Assembly (NCBI GenBank): GCA_951406725.2 | Contig: OX597815.1 | Span: 53,258,001 to 53,322,000 of the forward strand | DNA: 64,000 bases | Source: Octopus vulgaris | Taxonomy: Eukaryota | Direction: 5' to 3' | Shown: positions 52,739 through 64,000 of the stretch, one piece after another | Layout: every line of letters begins with the position of its first letter | Position numbering within the stretch: position 1 is the stretch's first letter | Program-made: the position numbers and the translations under genes | Notes under the pieces: model-generated | Seen by the model: only the letters and a program-made list of their open reading frames with translations | What the model was told of the DNA's origin: nothing | Databases searched by the model: none

Positions 52739-54732
52739 TACATACATACATACATACATACATACATACATACACACATGTACTTGGGCCCAAGTCCAGC
52801 TTAAATCTCTGTTGGGATATGAGCGAAGACAGTAGATTTTAAAGTACTCATCACTACGCAGATACTGTATCGCACACTAATGTACATATATACATATAAA
52901 CGTATAATCACACATGGCTAAAAGCAATAAAAATGAAATACTAATCAATGGATTGGTTGTTGCTTGACAGATGTCCGTATTAGTTGTTGATTGACGTGCC
53001 TCATTCAATTCACACACACATACACACCCTCATACGTACACACACACATACACACACACTCATCGAAGCGTTCACACACGCACACAAATATAGATAATCA
53101 ATAGTATTAGCTGTATTATCAGAAACACTGAGTATATGAGTATACGTTGGTTCAGTCGCCTAACGCAGCTGCTTTTTAATTTCTCTGATCTGTCTCGTGT
53201 CAAATTGCAGTCATTCTGGTTGAAAAGCCGTAGGGAGTCGCCATCAGATTGCCAGCAAGATTTTAAATCATCATTTTAAAGTCGTCACCCGCAGGGAAGC
53301 CCTAGAAGATGCTAGGTATTTGAATTTGTGCCATGATTTGAGAGGAAACTAATTCTTCATTAGAAATCTCTATTAACCTTTGCTGTGAAAAGTATCTATT
53401 GCTGGGTCAGTGTTCAAATTACGTCCTATTAATAATTTAAGAGGCAGTGTGTTCATTGTAAAACATCCAGATTGCTATGAAAACGGTCAACAGGTTTGTA
53501 ACTTCCTTTCTTTAAAGGGATGAAACACATCATCAATATGATATGATAACGTCTATGAGGCATTCTCACGCAAATCTCTTTAGTGATGCATAAGTTTTAT
53601 ATAAACCAATGCTTTGCCTTGAGTTTGTTTTATTTTTGCTCTACTTATGTATTACTAATTTTGGCTTCTTACCACCTATCAAACACCGAACACTAAATGA
53701 ATGAACTTACACATATATTAATGAATGCACACACGGGCACACACATATACATATATGCACGCGCACAGACCAACACAGACAGAGACACACCTGACTAGAT
53801 AATCATACATTTCTAAAAGTGTATCTTCGAGATCATATTTTTATATGGATATACTTAATTTGCTCATAAACAAGCAGCCATATAACCAACAATTCACTCA
53901 TCAAGTTATTTTTTGAGTTCTTCAATTCGTTCTTCTAACTGTTCATCCCCACACTTATCTACTCAAATATCCATTCATTCATCCATTCCTTTATTCCTTC
54001 ATTTGTCCATCCATCCATCCATTCGTCAATTTAAACATATAGCAATATTTTAGCCGGGACATATCAATATTCCACTTTGTTTTGATAAGTTACCAGAAAA
54101 TGACAGGCCGATCTGAGACGCCAGTCATTCCACACTTAACTGTTGCAATTTTAAACCATTCAATTAATCAGCACATCTCAGTCTGTTAGAAATGAAGTCG
54201 AAAACAAGTGCAGACGGTTCGCTCTTTGCTTTGTTGACGACAGCTTGCCAGTTTATAATTCCTCATTTAGACACTGCCCATTGAACGCAACCGAAATCTT
54301 GGCAGAGCGTTTCAATTACTTCATAAATAAGCTTTTTAGAAACGAAGTCATATCAACGTCTTGATTAATTCATGGCATTTATGAATGGCCTTTGGCTTTA
54401 CAATTACAAGAGAGAGATTAGTTTAGAAACGATCTCTAAGAAAAAAGGAAAATAAAGAATAAAAAGAAGAAAACATTGCAGACAGAAACAGAGAAGGAGA
54501 CAAATGAAAAAGAAAGTGAAAGAGAGTAAGTAGGTAGAGGGGAGGGATGGAGAAGTAGGAGGAGCTGAAAGATGAATGGAAATATTGAAACTTAATTAGT
54601 GGCTATATAATATAATTTCAATGATTGCCTGTAGCAATGTTTTAGCCATTCAACTAGGCTGCTATATCACTATCCATCAGCTAAACCCATCTACCGATCC
54701 CTACATCCTAACAACTCTCTCTTTACAAGCAT

Positions 54733-54823
54733 GTATGTGCATGTATGTATGTATGTATGTATGTATGTATGTATGTATGTATGTATGTATGTATGTATGT
54801 ATGTATGTATGTATGTATGTATG
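54733..54823. repeat. (TATG)n microsatellite
   Basis: Directly visible. Confidence 0.95.
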
Positions 54824-55128
54824 CTGTCTGTTTATTTGTCAGTCTGTTAATGTGTTGTTTGTTTGCGTGCCTAGCTATCGAATTATCATATCTAAATAAC
54901 TCTCATTTCTATAAATAATAGACAAATAATGGGGAAATCATTTTCTTTATACTGTAGCCCCCCCCCCCACATTCCCACGCGCACGCATGCATGCGCATGC
55001 GCGCACACACACACACACAAGTAAATTTGCAAAGATTTCGTGCAGAAGATATCTAAGATGCATAAGACTGTAGGATATGATGTGGGGTTTTATACGGCCC
55101 TAGTTTTTGGTTGTCTTATCTTATACAT

Positions 55129-55440
55129 GTCTATATTTAAGAGATGAGGAATTATGTACATTATTTACATTATTTACATTTGACGGATATTTCCCCTCAT
55201 CTTGTTTGTTGTTAACACAACGTTTTGGCTGATATAGCCTCCAAAACTTCTTCAGGTGTCTTGGGAAATTTCGAACCTGGGTTCTCATTCCTAAGATATG
55301 TTTCGATGTTATTATTATTATTGTTGTTGTTGTTGTTATTATGATTATTATTATTCAGGTCACTGCCTAGAATCGAACTCAGAATTTTGGGGTTAGTAGC
55401 CTGCGCTCTTAACCATTACGCCATATGCCCACGGGCATAT
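55129..55440 (-). mobile_element. tRNA-headed SINE with internal (TAA/CAA)n and a minimal hammerhead-like tail
   Basis: Minus: GGGCATA-TGGCGTAATGG (A box)..CTACTAA loop..GAGTTCGATTC (B box), microsatellite, then GACAC CTGAAGA..GGCT/AGCC AAAA CG TT GTGTT. Confidence 0.75.
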
Positions 55441-55592
55441 ATTGTTGGAACATTAGAGACAGTATCAGGGGGTATCAAGTGGAATATAAAGGAAAAAGGG
55501 AATCACGCTACGCATGCAAGACTCCAGGAGTTCCAACAAAACGTGAGCGAAAAAGAAGGACGAGGAGGAGGAGGAGGGGGAGGGGGAGAAGG

Positions 55593-55653
<61 letters not shown>

Positions 55654-55704
55654 GAAGAAGAAGAAGAAGAAGAAGAAGAACAACAACAACAACAACAACC
55701 ACAC

Positions 55705-55918
55705 TCTTTTCTACTACAAGCACAAGGCCTGAAATTTTGGGGGAGGGGACTAGTCGATTACATCAACCTCAGAATTTCACTGATACTTAATTTATCAACC
55801 CCGAAAGGATGAAAGGCAAAGTTGACCTCGGCAGAATTTGATCTCAGGACGTAGCGGCGGGCGAAATATCGCTAAGAATTTCGTGCAGCGTGCTAACCGT
55901 TCTGACAGCTTACCGCCC
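55705..55918 (-). mobile_element. SINE family A
   Basis: Family A motifs, flanked by CAA and TAA tracts. Confidence 0.85.
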
Positions 55919-55921
55919 TAT

Positions 55922-55988
<67 letters not shown>

Positions 55989-55989
<1 letters not shown>

Positions 55990-57330
55990 TTCTTTATTAA
56001 CCTCTCAGATTTACAAAGGAAGCGATGGCAGTGTAGGACTATACAGTACAATAGATGTGGGGATTACATAAGCATGTCAACAATAAATTAACAATAATAA
56101 AGAAACGAAAAATCCAAATAATGAGATATTCCTAAAAGCAGAGAGACTCCCAAAGACTAGTTACGGGACCTCACAAAATGGTAGTAATTCTGATTACTAG
56201 GGTGCTCTTTCTTCCTCCTCCGTCTTCAACTTACAAGCGCATGTTCAAAGCAGACCTGTTCGCTAGGACCATTCGTACTACTGTTATCCACCTTTCAATA
56301 AATTTGCTGAAAGATAGTAGTTCTCTCTCTACCTTAACACTACTCTTCAAGTGAAAGTTTAAAAAAAAAGAAAAAGAAGGAGCTAAGGGGATATTGACCA
56401 AAGAGGAAGGTGTCTGTCTTCAACTCCTTCAATCCGGTCCACCACACATCTTTCGCTAAAGCCACTAGACAGATAGAAAGGCAATGGGACGATCTGTGCG
56501 ATGGACTTAGCTGATAGCCTGATCTGTCCTATATATGACCGCAGTTGTTCGATATAATTCATAAGTCAGCAATACTCGGGCAGAACAGTTTCTCCTCTCG
56601 AGCCCAATTCAGACTGGTTTGGCTGGGGGGTCTGTCTGACGGTTCTTCCATGTCTCCCGGCAGCACTACCACGTCAAGAATTCCCGGAAAGTTTTCATGG
56701 GCTCCAGTCTGAAAGCCTCCAGAACAGCCAGCTCATTTTTTCCTCAATAACGTCGTCGCTCTTGCTATCGACTAACTGGCATAGAGTTGTAAGTACCTGA
56801 CAACATTTCAGCTGCTAGATGCTCTGCCTCAACCCATAACAACAGCTCAGTCAGAGACGAGCTTTGAAATAAGCGACTCTGACACATTACGGAAAAGCTG
56901 AGGAAACGCCCAAGATGTTACAGCCTCAGTGTGTGTTTGACTATCATCAGCCACGGTAGCCTCAGTCTTCCACCCAGCGATGTGTTGAACACAAATGGGA
57001 CGTCTGACCACTGAAATGTATCGCTGTCACAGCAAGCGGACGAGCTGGTGCACCTGACCAATCGGACGTGATTTAGGGGAAGGCACAACGGTCAAACGGT
57101 AATATATGACGAGGCGATATCATAGTTCGTTCCCTATGATTGAGCTTTCTAGGATTGCTTTCGTTCTGCCAATTTTGGGGTTAGATTAGCCAAACTTCAT
57201 AATCAGTTCGTCCAACTTCTTCTCCACTTAGAAAACTGAACCAAACAAGAAGATTAACCGATCCCTCCATCAAACACCCCACGGCAGTGTTGGATGGCAT
57301 GACCCTCCTCTTCGGTTGGCAGTTATGAGC
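55989..57330 (-). mobile_element. Tx1/L1-like retrotransposon 3' part ending in (TTA)n
   Basis: Minus translation: RKLSIIG-like, YYRLTVVP, VRRPICVQH, LPWLMI.KHTLRL, FHLKSSVKVERELLSFSKFIERW; 3' end aataaagaag-(tta)n. Confidence 0.72.
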
Positions 57331-57617
57331 ACGAATCAGCGAAGAGATTGTTTGCTGAAATTATGAAGAAAGCCATCGTCACTGGTGGGATTCAGAGTTT
57401 CGGTGCTTCTGGTGACGAGACTCATGTTGAAACACCAGTGTCCAAGAATGACTTGCACGAATGAATCGATTGCATTATGAAGAAAACAGTCGCCATACAA
57501 GAGAAGCTGTTCTCCTGTGACATAAAATTGTAACTCCATGCTTGTATGATATTTTCAGTCAGAAATATTTTTCCAAAACTGTTGTATGTGGGGCTTACTA
57601 CACTTTTGAAAAGTACT

Positions 57618-57765
57618 AAACCATTGTACTAGACTTTGACAATTTTTATCTGAAGCAGCTGGAGATACGATAGTTTGACCAAAAGAACTGGTTATTGCAA
57701 GCAAAATTAAATATTGAAAAAGAAACGCATTTGGCCAAATTTGGACATATGACATAGTAGCAACG

Positions 57766-57766
<1 letters not shown>
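57618..57766 (-). repeat. inverted copy of the 47851-48013 repeat, abutting (TA)n
   Basis: Reverse complement aligns with 47851-48013. Confidence 0.8.
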
Positions 57767-57832
<66 letters not shown>

Positions 57833-58287
57833 TGTATGTATGTATGTATGTATGTATATACACACACATGTATGCGTCTTTATTTGCGCATGCGTATATC
57901 CCTGTGTGTGTCTATGTTTGCTAAGTGTGTGTGTGGGAATGTGTATGATACCTGCATTATCAGTATTCCTGTTCATTATATTTTATTTTACCTAAATCAT
58001 TTATTTGTTTTTATCTACTTACTTTTTCTTTTCTTTTTTGTATTAATTCTATTTATTTATCTATCTATTGTTTTAGTTTCATATTATTATAAGTTTATGG
58101 GGATCTTATTCTGTCATCAGCTTGTGGTGTGTGTGTGTGGGTGGTGGTGCTATTGTTCCATTCCAGTTTTCTATTTTGTGTGCAGCTTCCGTAATTTGTC
58201 TAAGCGTTGCGTCCGTTCTATGAATGGACAGGACTTTTACTTCTGTGTTGTTGAGTGAGCCCCATGTATATGTATATTTATTTACAC

Positions 58288-58331
<44 letters not shown>

Positions 58332-59920
58332 ACACACACACACATTTATTCATACCTGCGTTCGCACATATTCTTAAATAAATGTCTAACTTCACTGTAC
58401 AACATGATGCTAATTCAGTCCGACTTGGCTTTGGCCAATATTGGCCGGTAGCTATCTCAGAGAATAGTGAGGTGTAGAGTATTAGTGATAGTTAGAGCCG
58501 GAATAAGAAGAGAGTTAGAGAGCAATCTGAGGAAATGGTATCGGGAGCTTGATGCAGAGAGTAAGAAAGAAAGGTGAAAAAGTTAGAGAGGGAAAGAGAG
58601 ACAAAGTTAAAAGAGAACGGATAAACAAACAGTTGGAGTCAGTAAGAAAGAACTGAGGAGAAGCATGGAATTAATAGATTGATAAATAAAGAGAGAGAAA
58701 GACATATAGATCGAAACAGAGAAAAAGAGAATGAAGTGAAGAGGCAGTGAAAGTGATGAGAGACAGAAAGAACCAGGAGAGGTGCACAATGCGGAGGAGA
58801 GTAAGCAAGAGAGAGATTAAAGAGAGGATGGAAGGACATAGTTAGTGCGAGAGCGGGTGAGGGAACATAGTTAGAGACAGAGAGAGAAAGAACATATTAA
58901 GAGAGAAAGAGAGCGATAATATAGAGAGAAAGAGGGAGGACAGAGCGAAAGAGGGTTAGGGGATATAATTAGAGAGAAAGAGAGAGATGAGGGTTACGTA
59001 GATAAAGAGAGAGAAGGGGGCTTTAGAGAAAAAGAGAAAGTAGGACAACATTGTGTGAATTACAAAACTGCTTGTGGAACAGAGTTTGTGAGAGAGGGAG
59101 AGAGACAGAAAGATAGACAGAAAGAAAGAAAGAAAGAAAGAAAGAAGAAGGAATGAAACAAAGAAAGACAGAAAGAAAGACAGAAAGAAAGAAAGAGAGA
59201 AAGAAAGAAAGAAGGAAAGTATCCTTTAATGTTGAATATATGAATTCATTAGGATTTCCCTTGCACTAGTTATGGTGGTGTAATTTTTCTATTTTTATTT
59301 TTTTCCATGAAGGAAGAATTAAAATTCCTGTCACAAGTAACTCTCCTTAATCCCTTGTAGTTGACTGAAGGGCTAAATAAATAAAGGAAAGAAAAGAATT
59401 AAGAAGTTTAAAAAGGGAAAAAAAAGAAGAAGAATGAGTTGCCCTTGTTTACGTAGTGTGGTAACACCCAAACAATGACTTGCATATATGTGACAGATAC
59501 CCGGCTTTTACAGATGGTAGTGGTGGCGGTGGTGATTGGTGGTAGCAATACTGTTGCTGTGGAGTATTATGATCATGGGGTGGGGTGTAATCTTAATATT
59601 AATGATATTACTGACCGTGATGACGTTGTTGTATTGTTGTTAATGGAGATGGTGTAGGTGGTAGAAATGCCACTGATGATGATAATGATGATGATGATGA
59701 TGATGATGATGGTGACATCCGATCGTGTTAACGATAAAACAGAAGAGAAAGAGGAGGTGGGAGATTTCAGTTTAATTTCCTGGAATCCTGGAAGAGAGAA
59801 ATCTAGGCAGTCTACCCACCCAGCTCTTCGTTGAGTTGAAAAAATAATATACGTATCGCAATATCAATGATAATAATGATCCGGATAAGGAAGATACTCA
59901 TGTGCGCACATGTATTAGAG

Positions 59921-59953
<33 letters not shown>

Positions 59954-60171
59954 TCGTGTGTGCACATTTTCAAATATACATCTCTTAATGTCTGTTGACA
60001 ATCAACAACGAATATTTGCTGGTGCAATGACCATATTACTGGTTATAGAAACAAACTGATTATATAGAGAGTTTGACGGTAACCTCAAGTTTCATGCTTT
60101 GAAGCTAACTGGAATGCCACTTGAATAAAAATCCAGGTGCGCAACTTTAAGTGACGGTCAACCTCACTCCC

Positions 60172-60440
<269 letters not shown>

Positions 60441-60880
60441 TAGGAGGAGCGGTCAAAATTTATCCGCACTTTCGCCATAACATATCTTTATTATTATCAC
60501 ACTAGCTTCTGCGCATGCGTGCTTACAGTTGGTACTGTTGTGGTCAGGTCGTCGAAGTTTGAACCTGATCGCGCCATTCTTCTTTCTGGCTTTACAGTGT
60601 AAGCATGGCTGCTTCACTAGCAATGTGCAACAAAGAAGAACAAAGAGCAGTGATCCGATTTCTCTGGTCGGAAGGTGTGTCAGGTGCTGAAATTCATCGG
60701 AAGTTTTTAGCACAATACCGGGACAGTGCACTATCGCGTAGAAGTATGTATGAGTGGATCGAGAAGTTTAAAAGTGGTCGGACAAGGATGATGCACGAAG
60801 AGGGACCAGAACGCCCGTCAAACTCCACCACTGACAAGAAGTTTCAGTTAGCTCGAGAGATGGTAATGGTGAGCCGGTTC
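60441..60880 (+). mobile_element. mariner transposon 5' part (left TIR + N-terminal HTH)
   Basis: TA-ggaggagcggtcaaaa left end; ORF 60605: EQRAVIRFLWSEG..AEIHR..YEWIEKFKSGR..GPERP. Confidence 0.85.
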
Positions 60881-61220
60881 AACATTACATCTCTCGGATC
60901 AGTGCTTTTTGTTTTTATTTGGTACACATTGCTGGCCTTGCTTACACTGTTAAGTCAGAAGGAAAAATGGCGCGATCAGACTCAAACTTCGATCACGTGA
61001 CCACAATATTGCCAACTATAAAGACACGTTCTCAGAAGGAAGTGTGACAATAATAAAGGCATGTTATGGCTAAAATTCGGACAATTTTTGACTTCTAATC
61101 ATATACACACACACACATACATACGTACATACATATTTGTTAGTGTGTGCGTGTGTTTGGGTAGGGGGGGGGGGAAGCACACAAACATATATATATAAAG
61201 CGTGAAAATTCCTTTCGGTC

Positions 61221-61528
61221 ATGAATGAATATGAGACTTCACCTAGGAAGTTCATCTCCAGGGCACAAGTCCGGAGCAAGGTTGTTTGTAGAAGATCAGC
61301 AATCACACGTGCCTACCAGACTTCCTTCTCCACGACAGAGATGTTGTCTAGGGGAAAGGCAAAGGCCGATACAGCTTGGCACCAGTGACGTCGCAACTAA
61401 CTTCTACAACTGAATGAATTGGAGCAACATGAAAAAAAGCGTCTAGAATACGAAACACAGCCCAGTCGGGGAATCGAATTCACCACCTCATGATTGTATG
61501 TCCGACGCTGTAAACACTGAGCCATGCA
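61221..61528 (-). mobile_element. tRNA-derived SINE family D
   Basis: Minus: tggctcagtg (A box)..gtgaattcgattccc (B box); distinct body; ends in (attc)n. Confidence 0.75.
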
Positions 61529-61533
61529 CATTA

Positions 61534-61595
<62 letters not shown>

Positions 61596-61634
61596 TTATA
61601 CATAAGTATATATCTGTATATGTATATATATATG

Positions 61635-61676
<42 letters not shown>

Positions 61677-61849
61677 TGTTTACACAATCACATTTACACA
61701 CACACACACAAATTTTATAGCGAAAGTTATGCAGAAGTGAACATAACGGTTTTATTGACTAACATAGGTCGTTGAGTATGTGCATGCTTGTAGCGCATTC
61801 TTTTTTATATTATTCTTCATCTGAGGCAACTGATGGGTTTCCAAGTAAA

Positions 61850-64000
61850 AACATGATGTCTTTGACTTCTTGACCAACGAAGGTTGCAAGCTGTCAATCA
61901 TCCACCGATGGCTGCTACCGGCTGTTTATGGAGATGGCCCCACGTTACCAAACCCACAAACTCCTTAATGTGCACGTACTGTTATAAAAGTTTAAAGAAG
62001 GGGAAACCATCTTTGATGACTAACTAATCAGCGGGAAACCATGGAATACGACCACTGACACGAATCGCCAGCAAGTAGACAAAGTGGTTCGCGTGGACAG
62101 ATGAATCAAAATTTGTGAGTTTACAGAACAACTAGGCAGCAATATATTTCAGAGGAGAGTGGAAAATTTTCGGTGTCGGAAAGTGTGTGCCATGTGGGTA
62201 CTGCGACACTGGACACCCGATTTGAAGGAGAGAAATGTGGAAATCTACTGCGATCTTACGATAACGTTTGAAGCGAAGACAAAAGGCCATACATTTCTGA
62301 TCTGGAAATGTAAGCTCTGTTCCTGAAATGGACTAGCTTTCGCTTTTTCTTCAAGGCCTAAGAAATTCAAGAGACAATGACCACTGGCGAAAGTTATGGT
62401 GGCAGGTTTTGGTAGGCCAAGGGCGTTATTTTCATTGATATTTTTTTAATGTAACTGAACTGTAGACAGTTCATTGAGACACTCGAAAAGCTTAGAGTGT
62501 ACATTGACACACTCGAAAAGCTTAGAGAAGTAATTAAGAGGAAGAGATCGAGCAAGAATATAAAAATCGACCATTTTCACCCTGACAATGTGCTCCAAAT
62601 ACTATCTATCAGGTCATCCCATAAGTTCTGTCCGATTTTACCGTTTTAAAAATTGAACGAAATTTAGAAGTATTTTAGAATGTCTAATGAAATTTAAAAT
62701 TATTTTTATGCATTTGTGTATATTTAAACTAATTAAATATTATTATACAGAATAACAGAATTAAAATTTCTTTGATTAAAACCTTTTCTAACATGGAAGT
62801 ATCCAAATAGCATTTAAGGCACATAATGCTTTATGAATACAAAAAGGATACTCTGAAGCCGAAGCGACTCGAAACATACACTCAGTTTATGGGAAAGAAT
62901 GCTTGAATGAAAGAACTTACAGAAGATGGTTTGCCAAATTCAGAAGTGGCGATTTTAGCCTTGAAGATGAGGATCGAACAGGATGTCCAGTTGAGTTTGA
63001 TGATAAGCTCCTTGAGGCACTATTTGAAGAAAATCCTGCACTATCAGTTGAAAAATTGGCAATAAAGCTTAGTTCAAACCATAAAACTGTTCATCGTCAT
63101 CTTCAACAACTTGGAAAGGTTCCTAAACTTGGAAAATGGGTGCCTAGAATCGTCCGAAAGTAACCGTAAATCCCGAGTTGACATCTGCTCTTCTCTCCAT
63201 TCTCGCGAACTCATTTCACCCTTTTTGGATAGACATGAGACTGGTGACGAAAAATGGAACTTCTATCGAAATGCTAAACGTCGTAAACAGCGGCTTGTTA
63301 AAAGGGAAAAACCTCAACCACAACCGAGAAGGGAACTTCATGGAAAAAGGTTCTCTCTATCTGGTGGGATTGCAAAGGAGTAATTCACTTTGAATTGTTA
63401 CCACCTAATGCAACAATCAATGCTCAAGTCAATGCGCGACCCCACACTGCAAAGATCACATCACTGAAGATCGAAGAGCTTGGTTGGGAAAAAATTCCTC
63501 ATACACCTTATTTTCCCGACCTTGCTCCTTAAGACTACCATTAGTTTCGTAGGTGACAGAATCATTTGGGGGACATAACTTTCACAAGCCAGGAGGAGGT
63601 CGAAACTGACATTTCAGAGTTCTTCGCATTGAAACCAAAAGAGTTTTACATTGATGAGATTAAAAAAGCTTGTAAATAGATGGAAGGAAGTCATAGATAA
63701 TCAGGGAAAGTACATTGATGATTAAATTTCAATTAAATGTAACATTTGATCGGACAGAACTTATGGGATGACCTAATACAATGGTAACAAATCAGGCAAT
63801 CAGCAAATTAGGTGGGTTATCTATCGTATAGCTCACTGAATTATAGCAGTATGAAGGGCAGTATTTGGGGCCATCCATTTATTAACACAAGGGAAGTGAA
63901 AGCAGTTGTATAGAAGTGGGTACGAGAGAACATCACCTGAATTTTTTCAAACAACATTCAGGTGTTGGGTTGAAAGATAATGAAAATGTAACGCTTGTGA
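61850..64000 (+). pseudogene. old degenerate mariner transposase, split by a nested mariner
   Basis: KFKEGE..SGKP..DR*IKICE, RKVCAMWVLRH, HFHPDNV before the insertion; AISKLG..EVKAVV*KWVRE..PEFF after it. Confidence 0.7.
62609..63776 (+). mobile_element. near full-length mariner (DD34D) transposon, defective
   Basis: 28-bp TIRs 27/28 identical (62609-62636, 63749-63776), TA TSDs; transposase 62793-63725 with RRWFAKF, GKWVP, TGDEKW, NARPH, YFPDLAP*DY; stops, frameshifts and an internal deletion. Confidence 0.95.

Noticed and set aside
58060-58125. Minus-strand CTGATGA...GAAA
   Set aside because: No convincing stem I or stem III.
58480-59220. Long purine-rich tract
   Set aside because: Decayed (GA)n/(GAAA)n microsatellite; nothing specific.
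62472-62526. 25-bp near-tandem duplication
   Set aside because: Local slippage inside a dead mariner.

Overview
AT-rich, microsatellite-saturated eukaryotic DNA with no recognisable host protein-coding gene, rRNA, true tRNA gene or CRISPR array. The SINE, LINE and microsatellite profile resembles an octopod cephalopod genome (inference). Almost all listed ORFs are translations of simple repeats. The real content is transposon-derived: (i) at least seven fragments of restriction-like-endonuclease (R4/Dong-type) non-LTR retrotransposons from several subfamilies, most sitting co-oriented inside (TAA)n tracts and forming a stacked array at about 33-37 kb; (ii) two Tx1/L1-like remnants and one RTE remnant; (iii) three mariner elements (one near full length, nested in an older one), Tc1 and rosa-type remnants, a hAT MITE with 8-bp TSD, and Helitron/HINE ends; (iv) many tRNA-derived SINEs of several modular families; (v) Penelope-like (PLE) debris and six hammerhead-ribozyme (HHR) motifs ranging from intact core to decayed. 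Highlights are a tRNA-headed SINE carrying a minimal HHR tail (55129-55440, minus), an HHR with an unusually long stem II (44634-44727, minus), and strand-polarised sharing of TAA/TTA microsatellites by different retroelements. Element boundaries were read by eye and are approximate unless TIRs/TSDs are stated.
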